Translations under genes and position numbers: made by a program
Notes under the pieces: generated by a model
Seen by the model: only the letters and a program-made list of their open reading frames with translations
The model's database searches: none
What the model was told of the DNA's origin: nothing
Assembly: GCF_000143415.4 (NCBI RefSeq)
Contig: NW_003314273.1
Coordinates: forward strand, 1,828,052 to 1,892,051
Direction: 5' to 3'
DNA: 64,000 bases
From: Selaginella moellendorffii
Lineage: Eukaryota; Plantae; Lycopodiophyta
In this document: one piece after another, positions 23,166 to 34,553 of the stretch
How the letters are laid out: each line of letters opens with the position of its first letter
Position numbering within the stretch: position 1 is the first letter of the stretch

Positions 23166-24146
23166 GATCTCGATGATGGGCTTGGACAATTTTTGATACG
23201 CCTATCGATCGATCAGCTCGTCTTTGACAAGTATGGTGTCAATGAATCAGATGATCGCTTCCTAAGGAACTTCTCCCCTTGTTGTTTCTCCCTTCCTGTA
23301 GATTGCTGGTGGAATGCTGAGATTGTGGCAGAGGATTTATAGCAGTATCGCTTTCGAAGTTTTCCACCGGGTCAAAAGCATATACGAAATTCTCGCGTTG
23401 ATCTCTTCAATTTCTTCTCGAATGGGAAACATAATAGTCAAAGTTCAAACCACTAGGGTCAACTATACACAAGGAGGTATCGCGTCTTTGACCAGCGGAC
23501 TTTCACTGAAAAGCAACAAGTTGAGAGGTCGGGATCAGTGTTCTCCTCCTTTTCACCTGGTGATCAAAGGTTTAGATTGGAAGTCCTGATGCCAAGTCTC
23601 CTTGACGAACTGCCCAGAGTCTCAATCAAGGAAAGGCTCCCAAGAGCGGCGCCATCACACTCTGGGGCCACCACACTCTTGGAATCCCTGGTTGCTGCTG
23701 GCGATTGGGCACATGTGGACAATGAGATGGACACAGATGGATCCGACCTGGCAGGAAGAATGGATGCAAGGGCAAAAGAAGTGGTGGGGAAGAGGATTGG
23801 CTTGGGAATGGTGCAACAAGCAATGATCAAGATCTAATCACGGTGAGGGTTTTGACTCAGCCCGGGCTTATGCCCATTTTAGAACCGTTACAACGTTTCT
23901 AATATTTACTGGTTTGCTTAAAATGTAATTAGATATACTTATTAATATTAATATTTAATTAGATTAATCTTGTATTTATAATAATTTATGGTTTGCTTAA
24001 GCAAAAGTAAAATATATTTAATTCTACCAAATAATTGTTATTCATTTAGATTAATCTTGCATTTATAATTTCCAAACATGTTTATAATTTATAACTTTCC
24101 TAAACTCTTTATAGTTTATTTTTGGTTTGGTTAGGGATATACCACC

Positions 24147-24570
24147 CCTCAATCTCCACAGATCCAGCATCGAGCAGTAGTGTCTGGGCTGAGGCTTGAA
24201 TCCACAGTCGTTGCTCATTGAAACGAGAACTCGCATCCCTTGCCTGCGTGGCTGCAAGCAACCAAAGCACTCACATACGCAACTTGGTCGGGGATCATCT
24301 CACGAAAGTGGTCAATCGCTTGCGTCGGAATGACTACATGCGGAGATCACCGACATCCACGACACAACGTTCGATGGGAGAATGGTGCCAGGATGGAGTT
24401 CCAGGAGACGATGTTCCTCTCGGGCATGAGAGAGAGGATCTCCCAGATGCCCTTGTTGGGCATTCCCGCAAGGAGCGAGTTCAGCTCCATAGCTCGCACT
24501 CTGGGCTCTTGACGCCCGTGTTCCAGGTCACAAAGCTGGTGCGCGACAACGAGGCCCAAGATGCTGCCAA
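24147..24570 (-). pseudogene. PLS-PPR relic (other copies ~37950-38435, 41525-41950, 50400-50890, 63560-64000)
   Basis: MPERNIVSWNSIL, LVACSHAG and KPQPRHYCSMLDL fragments with frameshifts. Confidence 0.75.
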
Positions 24571-25478
24571 GAGCCCTGCATCCCAAGAAGTCCCGCCTAA
24601 TCCTCTGTAACAAACCCCTCCCCGCCACATCAGATTTCCCTGCCGAGTCATCCCTCCACGTGTTCTGTCTCACTTTATTCTACGGGCTTGTTATTGGCCG
24701 CTACAACTTTCAACAGTCATATCTCAAGTTCATGTCTTTTGCCTATAGATGAATGCTTACTTGAACAATGCCGCAATTGAAAACTGTCTTCTGGACGGAA
24801 ATGAACAAAGGAGACCTTCAGGTAGGCAGCTCACGTTTGTCCTGCCAGAACATTTTAAAACCCAAAGCAATAGCTGCAAGCAAAAGTTGCACAAGCTGCT
24901 GCTCTGTCTGCAATTTCGTCTGGAACTGGATCCGCCGCTGACATTTCTGCTGCTGCTGCCGCTGCCGTTGCGAGCTCCAAAAGGTTTGTGCATTTCCACG
25001 AAGCAACTCTTGTTTGTTCCTCACGACAGTGCACTAGGAAGTATATAGTTTGTTGAAATAAAGCTTGCAATACAGAGCAAATTCAAACCCAGAGCAAACA
25101 ACACAGCCCGCAACTGCCAGCTACTCCTGCTAGCTCACGAGGAATCGGCCAACCCCATGCATCAAAACATCACTCACTACAGCTGCATCATCAATCTCCT
25201 CAGCTGCACCGCACTCCCTTGTGGCCAAGGAGCTCAAGAAGGGAAACAATGCAAGCAAATTGTTTGTAGCAAAATGTAAATTAAGTTTTTCAAATCAAGA
25301 TATTTACAAGATTCAATCGAATGACCCAAACCAAAACTCTATAGGCCATTGCAAGCGTGCCACCTTTCAGATATACGTGCCAAACTGAGCTTGGTCCTAC
25401 TGATTAGCTTGAGGCCTCCGTAAAAGAATGAGTTTGTAAAAGTCCACCACCGTGATCGTGATGGAAGAAAGACGGGCT

Positions 25479-26804
25479 CTACTGCTTGGTGTCCTTAAAC
25501 CACCAGTTTGCTGGAACTCCAAGCTCTGCCTTGAGATAGTCCGATCTCTTGTTCACCAGTGCGATATCCCGGGTGCCCGAGATACTGAAGGGCTTGCTCG
25601 GCCCTTGGTAGCCATCAACCAGGTGAAGCAAGGCCTCCAAGTTGTGCAGATCGGTCAAGCCACCATCTTCCCTCAGAAACGGAGAGATGTCGCTGCTGAG
25701 CTCAAACTCGGTGCCAACATGGGTGTAGGCCCATGGGAACCTGTGGAAGATGAGCGAGATGATATCACAGCTGTCCTCGTTGACAATCACCCCTGGAACT
25801 TTGGGCACCAGGTCTGTGGCATTGCGTGTCTGGAGGACTTTGAGCCCGAGCTCGAGGCATCTGTTCTTGAAACCCCGGTTCCCAACTCGGGGTGCCGAGA
25901 ACGTGAAGACCGACACCGGGGTATTGCTCCCGGGCAGCCCAAGCTCTGTCACGTCGTAGGCGCTGAGGAGTGCAAGCGCGCCACCCAGGCTGTGGCCCGT
26001 GAACGTCATACTCAGCTGCTCGCCCTGGTAGAGCCCGACCAATCGCTTGATCTCCGAGTGGAGCTGCTGCCTCGCACTCATCCCGGCCTGATCGCCGGGG
26101 ACTGGAGACGTGTAGATGCTGAGAAATCCCGTCTCCACTTTCACGCCTTTGGTGTTGTGATCCGTGGGATCGAGCCCGGTGGGGCGGAGGAGATCCTTGA
26201 GGTTCTCGATCCACTCGAGCTGCGTCACCGTCCCGCGCCAGGCCACCACAATGTCGCGGCGTCCCAACCGTCGGATGGCCTCGTCCGACGTGGCAACCGC
26301 CACGAAGCCCATCCAGTTGGTGTCCGACGTCCACGAGTCGTCGCCGGGTTGGGCGTTGGAATTGGAGCGCTTGAAGAAGCTGGGCAAGCCCAGCTGCGAT
26401 GTTGCGTAGAGATAGGCCGTGATTTCGTATCCTGTGCTTGGGATTCCCACGGATTGGAGGAGCTCCTCCTTGGAGAACTTTGTGTCTCCACAGAATTCCG
26501 AGCCCTCGCTGTATTCGAAGCCGTCGTAGCAAGCCTGCGCGAATTCGCCGTATCGGATGATCTCCCGCCGGAGCCGCTCGTCGATGGAGGCGTTGGCGGG
26601 CGGGAGGAGCGGACTCCAGTGGCATGCATCCCGCCAGCCTGAGCTCAGCGCCAACTGCGTCTCCTCCAGCTCCACAACGCGCGCGCCATGACCATCTCCT
26701 TCAGATCTCTCCAACGTTCTTCTCTTGAATGAGAATGACAATGAATCTCCTTCTCTCTCCAACGGCCTTCTCTTGAATGACAGTGACAATGAAACTCGTT
26801 CCAT
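25479..26804 (-). CDS. Phospholipase A1, DAD1-like, copy 2
   Basis: Intact ORF, near identical to copy 1, GHSLG motif present. Confidence 0.93.
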   Translation of the reverse strand: MERVSLSLSFKRRPLEREGDSLSFSFKRRTLERSEGDGHGARVVELEETQLALSSGWRDACHWSPLLPPANASIDERLRREIIRYGEFAQACYDGFEYSEGSEFCGDTKFSKEELLQSVGIPSTGYEITAYLYATSQLGLPSFFKRSNSNAQPGDDSWTSDTNWMGFVAVATSDEAIRRLGRRDIVVAWRGTVTQLEWIENLKDLLRPTGLDPTDHNTKGVKVETGFLSIYTSPVPGDQAGMSARQQLHSEIKRLVGLYQGEQLSMTFTGHSLGGALALLSAYDVTELGLPGSNTPVSVFTFSAPRVGNRGFKNRCLELGLKVLQTRNATDLVPKVPGVIVNEDSCDIISLIFHRFPWAYTHVGTEFELSSDISPFLREDGGLTDLHNLEALLHLVDGYQGPSKPFSISGTRDIALVNKRSDYLKAELGVPANWWFKDTKQ

Positions 26805-29800
26805 GATCTCGATGCTCGCTCTGATGGGCTTGGACAATTGTTGATAAGCCTATCGATCGATCAGCTCGTCCTTGGCGAGTATGGTGTCAATGAATCAGAT
26901 GATCGCTTCGTAAAAAACTTCTCCTCTTCTTGGCTCTCCCTCCGTGTAAATTGCTGGTGGAATGCTGAGATTGTGGCAGAGGATTTATAGCAGTATCGCT
27001 TTTAAAGTTTGCCACCGGGTCAAAAGCATATACGAAATTCTCGTGTTGATCTCTTCAATTTCTTGTCGAATGGGAAGCATAATAGTCAAAGTTCAAACCA
27101 CCAGGGTCAGCCAAAGGAGGTATCGCGTCTTTGACCTGCAGACTTTCACTGAGCTTTCACTCTTGACTCTCATCCATTCAGTAAAGCAGTTGCGAGGTCG
27201 GGATCACTGTTCTCCTCACTTGGCGATCATAGGTGTAAATTGGAAGTCCTGACGCCAGATACTTGATCATCTCCTTGACAAACAGCCCAGAGTCTCAATC
27301 AAAGAAAGGCTCCCAAGAGCGGCCCATCACACTCTAGGGCCACCACACTCTGGGGCCACCACACTCTTGGAATCCTTGGCTGCTGCTGGTGATTATGGGT
27401 AGTCAACAATGAGCCTGTAGAACAAAGTGAGGTGGCACATGTGGTGCATCGTTAAGGGGCTTTGAAAGCCTCCCCCAATTTTAAAAATTAGATATACTTC
27501 TTAATATTAATATTTAATTATGTGAGTGCCTGGAATATGGAAAGGGAATACAGAAATGTGCATATCAATTAGCCCAAAAACCCTAGCTTATATACAGGAG
27601 CGAGTGGTTCGGATTGAAACCAATCCGACGGCTACTAAAATCCACTACGCTAATATTAGTATACGGCATCGTAGCTGTACACTTGGCCCTCACATCATCC
27701 CCTCCTCTCGGAATAATGGAAGGCCGTCAGGGTTCTTTTGTAGATGGGCCGGGATCTGGAGGAACGTCAGGAGGAGGCATCGGCGGATCTGTAGACGGTA
27801 TTAACTGCTCCTGATCCCTTTGTATGAAGTGTTTTAACCGCTGCACATGCACAATCTCTGGAGGATCGGCCTGCTGAACGTCATGCCGAACCTCATAAAC
27901 TTGCGGTCCAACTTGCCGCAACACCCGATACGGTCCTTTCCACTGCGCAAGGAGCCCCTTAGATAAACCACGTACTGTAAGATGGGGAAAACGGACTAAC
28001 ACCAAATCATCCACTTTGTACTCCGCAGGTGGACGATGATGGGAGTTGTAGCGCCGTTGTTGTCCCACTTGTACGCGGCCTAAATGTTCAACAGACTCTG
28101 CTCGGACAAGTGGAAGAATGCTTGTCAAATACTGATCCCATGACCTAGCATCAGGAGCTCGTGGCAATCGTGAAGGTAAACCCAGCTCTGTTGGTAATAT
28201 TGGATCATGACCATATAGAAGTTTATATGGTGAAGCACCAACAGAACTCTGCACCCCTGTGACATAGGCATACCGAAGAGACGGCAAATAACCATCCCAA
28301 TCCGAATGCTGAAAGTTCACATACTTCGCAATCATCCCTTTGAATGTCCGAACGAGCCGTTCCACCAGACCGTCTGATTGTGGATGATAAGCACTCGTAA
28401 AAGTGTGGCGTATCCCCAACCGAGATGTCAAAACATGAAATACCTCAGCCATAAATGCAGGACCATTATCCGAAAGAATCCGCTCTGGACAAGAATGCTG
28501 GAACACCACTCGATTGAGGAGGAAGTATCCAACAGCAGTTGCAGAGGCGCTAGCAAGAGCACCAACTTCCACCCAACGAGTCAAGTAGTCAGAAGCAATA
28601 ATAACATACTCATTGCCAGCAGTCGATCGTGGAAAAGGTCCCATAAGATCAAACGCCACCAACTCAAACAGACGGGAAACTGCAATTAACTCCAACCGTC
28701 CTTCCGCAGCACAAGGGGGAGTATTACGAGCTTGGCACCAAACGCAACTACGCACATACCGGATAATATCACGTCGCATCTCCGGCCAATAAAAAGACCT
28801 GCGCAGCTTCTCGGTGACACGACGGTGTCCCATATGCCCACCTAGAACAGGAGAATCATGGTAGGCATGGAGAAACCGCGGAATAAACACCAAAGGCACC
28901 ACCAACCGTAAATGATCATCAGGATCCGTCCCCACAAAATAAAAAAGGCCATCTTCAAGGCGATATTGAGAATGTAAATGCCGGAAAGGCAAGTCATCAG
29001 CAAGTGATGTAGGATTCTCAAACCCATCTCGAAGCCTTCGAATCCATGGCTCAATCTTTTGAGCCTCGCGAACCTCATCAAGAGAAGGTAGATCTTGCTT
29101 TGTGCCCTGTGGACACTGAACATCAAGGACAGCAACCGCCGACGGCACAGAATCCTCATCTAGAAAATCCACAGACGCTGGAACAACAGGTTCGTTAGAA
29201 ACATGAGAAGTGAGTGGAGAAGGAAGAGGAGCTCGAGAAAGGGCATCAGCATCAGCCATAGAACTCCCTGGGCGATGAACAACATCAAAATCATATATCT
29301 GAAGCTTCAAAGCCCATCAAGCCGTACGACCAACCAGGTTCTTCCGCTTCAATAATGAAGTAACAGCAGCATGGTCACCTTCAAGTAATGTCCGAGAACC
29401 ATGTAGATATGCATGAAGTTTCTCGAAACCCCAGACTGCTGCTAAACACTCCTTCTCCGTCGTGGAGTAGTTCATCTCCGCTAGTTGTAATGTACGGCTT
29501 ATGTATGCAATGGGATGGCGCTGACCAGGCACACTCGAGCTCTCTTGCATCAACACACCTCCAAGACCAATGTCAGAAGCATCCACGCGCAAAATAAAAG
29601 GTCGAGTGTAGTCAGGATATGCCAAAACCGGAGGAGTCGTCAATAGCTCTTTGAGATCCACGAACGCCCGCTCACAATCCGGAGACCAGATGAAAGATGA
29701 CGTTGATGACTTCAGCAACGCTCGCAATGGTGTAGTGCGATCGGAAAGATGATCCACAAAACGACCGAGATACTACACCTTACCCAAAAAGCGTTGCACA

Positions 29801-31151
29801 TCATTCACACATTTTGGAGTAGGGAACTTAAGAACAGCCACAAGTTTGTCAGGATCAACTTGCAAACCCTCACGAGAAATACGGTACCCAAGATAAGTTG
29901 TGTCCTTGGACCCAAACACGCACTTTGACCGCTTCAGCTTTAAACCAATATCACGTAGCCGATCCAACACTTTACAAACATCACGAACGTGCTCCTCTCA
30001 CGTCCCCTCCGAGTGGATCAAGACATCATTAATGAAGTCAGCAATCACTTTCGGCATATCGCAAAGAACCTCGTCCATCATCCGCTGGAAAGTTGCGGGA
30101 GCATTGTTCAAACCAAACGGCATCACCAAGAACTCGTACAAACCAAATGGTGTACGAAAAGCAGTCTTAGGAATATCTTCTTCGGCCATCGGTACTTGCC
30201 AATACCCAGAAGCAAGATCTAGCTTGGTGAACCAACGACTTCGCCCCAGACGATCTAAGAGATCAGCAGTGTGAGGAAGAGGATACACATCTGGGATCGT
30301 CATTTTGTTTAACGGGCGATAGTCGATGCAGAAACGAATACTCCCATCAGGCTTCATCACAAGATGAGGTTCACATGCCCAAGGACTCCGCGACTTCCGA
30401 ATAACACCCTTCTCCAACATTTCCTTGACGTTGGCTCGTAAAATCTTGATCTCCTTAGGTGACCGACGACGAACAGGAACCTTGATTGGACGAGCATCCC
30501 CGGTTGGAATCGGATGACGTGTGGCAATCTTGGCCCCAGACGATAGGTCAAATTCAAAGAGATCAGAATACTCCTTCATGAGCCGGTCAACTGCTGCAAC
30601 ACAAAGATCATCGGAGGGATCGGAAAAGGGAAAAGCAGAACAAGATGGAAACACAGAAGGAAAGAGTGGGGGAACAAAAGTAATGGAAGCAGATGTAAAA
30701 GTAGAGGGACGAAGAGGTATGGAAGTGAGAGGAATGGATGAAACATAAGGAAGTATGAGATAAGGGGGAGAAGCCTCAAAGTCACACTTGGCATGATTGT
30801 GTTGCAACCAATCCATACCAAGAATGAGGTCAAAAGCTTGACTCGGCACCACCCGCAACGACTGAAACTCAAGCTCGAGATCGCCCACACGCACAACCAG
30901 GTCCACCTCATCCCGTGCACATGCATGTGTACGGCCGTTGCCATAAAGAATGAAAACTAGTTCCACCGCACGACGCAAGTGTAAATGACAACGTGTGGTA
31001 ACAGGTCGAGCAATAGAAGATAAACTCGAACCTGTATCAACCAACACAGAGAGAATAATAGGAGACCTCTTGTTATAAAAACGAGCTTGGAAAGTAAACA
31101 CGGGATGAACCGATGCCGAGTGAACCCCTTGATGACACTCCCGAAAGAAAG

Positions 31152-31215
31152 ACGGAGGGGTCACTGATTTATTCGCGCAAGGTCCCTCCATTACTCGCGC
31201 GACTCCTCGTTTCCC
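31152..31215 (-). promoter_or_regulatory. Predicted -1 ribosomal frameshift signal (G GGA AAC plus H-type pseudoknot) at the gag-pol junction
   Basis: Heptamer at 31209-31215 is in the gag frame and pol is in the -1 frame; 6-nt spacer; stem 1 UCGCGCGAG/CUUGCGCGA, stem 2 AUGGAGGG/CCCUCCGU. Confidence 0.85.
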
Positions 31216-32328
31216 GGATGCATCTCGGCGTCCAGATCTTCCACTGCAACAACACCCACGGGACGTTGCTGATGCCAAGGTCTCCACCCAGGAAATGGAG
31301 GTCGCCAATCCGGAAAACGACGGCAACGCCGATAAGTATGACCAACTTCATCACACGCCCAACAGCGAACATCACGGCCACGACCACGTCCTCGCGCTTG
31401 TCCTTGGACTCGAGCAGCAGCAGCATCAACCTCCATTGGAACAGGACCATCACCCATAGGAAGGGGAGCGGAAGGATGTGCAGCGAGAAGTGGAAGAGGC
31501 GACATCTCATAATGTTGTGCCAAGCGAAGAGCATCGTCAAGGGTGGCAGGAGCAAGTGCATGCACAAGTCCAACAAGATCTTGACGAAGTGCTGGCCACA
31601 ACATTCCTAGCTTGATCCGCTCTGACATATTTGGCTCCGCACGAAGCAAAAGGCTTCGGAAACAAACGCCAAATTGCATCACTGACTCAGATGGCCCTTG
31701 GCGAAGACGATGCAATTGTTAGAAAGCATCATCACAATCATCGGCATAGCCGAAGGCGCATTTGAAGACGTCCAGGAGAACACTCCAATCCCCACGAGTG
31801 GCTGCGCTCAAACCATTGTACCACTGCAACGCCGTCCCTTGGAGACACGTGGGAAACTCACGCAAACGTCGAGCATCATCCCAAGAATGATATGTGGCAA
31901 TCACCGTGAAGTGATCGAACCAATGGTACACATCATCCCCAGGATTCCCGCGAAAGAACTCCGGCCGAACGCGAGGATTAGTACCAAGAGCAGGAGGAGT
32001 TGTACCACGTGCCGCGAACGCCGCCATCAACTGAGTTTGGTTGTTCAATTGCAAGCGCATAGCATCAAGCAATTGTACCAACTGCTGCTCTAGAGTCAAA
32101 GGAGGAGATTGCGGATCTGCCATGAAGATGAACGAAAAAGAAAGAGCAAAAGAAGAGAGATGACAAAAAGCTAGAAGGAAATGGTAGATCTAGACAACGC
32201 AAAAAGCTAGATCTAAACCAAAAGAAAGAACAAAAGAAAGGAAATGGAAAAAGCTAGATCTAAACGATGCAAAAGCTAGATCTAAACCAAAATCCCAAAT
32301 CCAAACACTCTTCAGGGACAATCAAAGG

Positions 32329-32346
32329 TGCCCTTCATCTCCACCA
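32329..32346 (-). promoter_or_regulatory. Primer-binding site, tRNA-Ala-like
   Basis: TGGTGGAGATGAAGGGCA, 1 nt from the 5' LTR; the first 11 nt are complementary to the recalled tRNA-Ala 3' end ...CAUCUCCACCA. Confidence 0.7.
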
Positions 32347-33558
32347 ATGTGAGTGCCTGGAATATGGAAAGGGAATACAGAAATGTGCATATCAATTAGC
32401 CCAAAAACCCTAGCTTATATACAGGAGCGAGTGGTCCGGATTGAAACCAATCCAACGGCTACTAAAATCCACTACGCTAATATTAGTATACGGCATCGTA
32501 GCTGTACACTTGGCCCTCACAATTATATTATTTTTATTTATATTAATTTATTGTTTGCATAAGCAAAAGTGAAATATATTAAGTTCTACCAAATAATTGT
32601 TATTCATTTAGATTAATCTTGTATTTAAACATATTTATAATCTATAACTTTCCTAAACACTTTCTAGTATATTTTTGGTTTGCTTAAGGTGGTAGTGGAT
32701 ATACCTAGAATATACTTGGATATTCTAGGATATTTACCATCTAACCATTACTCAATTACGCTTCAACCATTGTTTAACTGTAGGTACATGCATTCGATGG
32801 AGTATGTTGTGTCAGGAACAGCTGATGGAGTCGTTTGCATCAATACTACTGCTCACACTGGACAATTGGGTTTAGTACAGCAGCAAAAGTACTGGGAAGT
32901 ATCAATGTGTAACATATGAGTTTCTCATTTGACATTCCTTTACAGGGTAATGTTATAATTAAGAAAAATATTTATAATTTATAAACTTTCCTAAACATGT
33001 CTTAGTATATTCTAGTTTATTTTACCATTTAATGGTTAATATTCAATAAGATCAATCTTGTTTTTATAAATTATAAACATGTTTATAATTATAAACTTTC
33101 ATTTGATTAATTAGAAATATTAAGTAAACCTGCAATGCACAGCAAATTAGTATTTATTTTACCATCTAATTTGATATTTAATAAGATTAATTTTCATTTA
33201 TAAATTGTAATTTTTTTTATAATTATTGATCAAATGGATTATTCAATAATACTAAACAGGAATGAATTGTTTCACGTTTCTTGTCTTTTTCAATGATCTC
33301 CACCTTGCTCCATTTTAGAATGAGGTAGAGGGCTATCTCTCTTTCCTTTACTTTGAAGCTCATGGTGAATAGCTTTCTTCTCCATAGCTAGAAAAAGTAA
33401 TGAAGATCAAGCTCATTAGTGTCTAAACCCAGACACTGTTATTAGTGTTTGTAAGTCTTCATTCAAAAGTGGGATTAGGATTGTGATTATGACTTTTATC
33501 ATCATGGTCCTAAAGCTCATTCTGTGTGGGAGAGGACACACAAAAAGTCATGGAAACA

Positions 33559-33596
33559 TAGGGTTTAGGGTTTAAGGTTTAGGGTCTAAACCCTAG
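33559..33596. repeat. Short interstitial plant telomeric-like repeat (copy at 45938-45975)
   Basis: TAGGG TTTAGGG TTTAAGG TTTAGGG TC TAAACCCTAG. Confidence 0.75.
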
Positions 33597-34235
33597 ACAG
33601 TCCAAACGCTTTCCCTCTAGCTTGGGATGGAAAGTATATATGGACTTTTGAGCACTATTTGTAGGCTGACATTGAGAAATAAGTTACAAGACTAACACAC
33701 ATTTCGTCTTTGCAATGCTCATCTTAGTTTGGTTTTGATTGATTGATCCCACCAATGAGTTTTTATTTTATTTATTTATTTATTTCCTTTTTTTATCAGT
33801 TTCTGATGATAGAAACCGAAATGGAAGTAATTCTTATCACTACTTGCATTCCAGACCTTGCAACCTAAATCTTTTAGAACAAACTTTAAGGCTAGTACAT
33901 GCAAGAGTAATTACAAGCAATAGAAGAGAAATCAGGTCTTCAAACCATTTGAATCATAGTCTTTCAATAGATTGAGCATTTAAGATTCTCCTGGATATAA
34001 GATTGTAAAGAAAAATGTGAAATAAACTGATCTTGACTGGAAATCTTTGTTTGAGTTTTAAAGCATAATAATCTATTGCTCAAACGACTATTTTAGATAT
34101 GATAATGTTTTAATTATCCATGTTGGATTATTTTTATAACAAATATATGAAAAAACATTTGAAAGAAAACCAAGATATGAGTTTTTGAACCAAATTTACA
34201 AAGAAACATATAAATATACCCTTTGTGATTTTTTT

Positions 34236-34553
34236 GGTTTGCTTAAGCAAACCTATAGAGGGTAGTGGATAGACCTAGAATATGCTTGAATATTATAGGA
34301 TATTCTACCATCTAATGGTTGTTATTCATTTAGATTAATCTTGTATTTATAATTTATAAACTTTTTAAAACCCTTTCTAGTATATTCTTTTTATCCTATC
34401 ATCTAATGGTTGATATGTAGATTAATCTTTTGTTTATAAATTACAAACATGTTTATAATTATAAACTTATTTGATTAATTAGATTAATAAGTAAGAATAA
34501 CACTACTATTAAGCAAACCAAGCATTGTTACATACAATGTGTAGCAATTTATT
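34236..34553 (+). mobile_element. ~315-bp non-autonomous element with Helitron2/Helentron(HINE)-like ends
   Basis: 5' palindrome GGTTTGCTTAAGCAAACC after a T run; 3' subterminal IR TTAAGCAAACC (34509-34519), then an 11-bp stem-loop and Ts; empty poly-T site at ~60270. Confidence 0.7.

Larger units (their letters stand above)
27521..32521 (-). mobile_element. Young full-length Ty3/Gypsy LTR retrotransposon (non-chromovirus type), 5001 bp, with in-frame stops
   Basis: 174-bp LTRs at 27521-27694 and 32348-32521 differ at 2 positions; TG..CA ends; PPT at 27695-27710; gag with CCHC knuckle, protease LVDTGS, RT, RNaseH VDASD, integrase HHCC/DDE plus GPY, no chromodomain; empty site at ~44900. Confidence 0.97.

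Noticed and set aside
23538-23837. Repeated 90-100 aa ORFs upstream of PLA1 (MLRLWQRIY..., MPSLLDELPRV...)
   Set aside because: Frames are broken differently among units and no domain is recognisable; likely gene relics, so not called CDS.
24606-24705. 100-bp TGTAAC...GCTACA segment as a solo LTR
   Set aside because: No convincing TSD in either copy and no partner element in the window.
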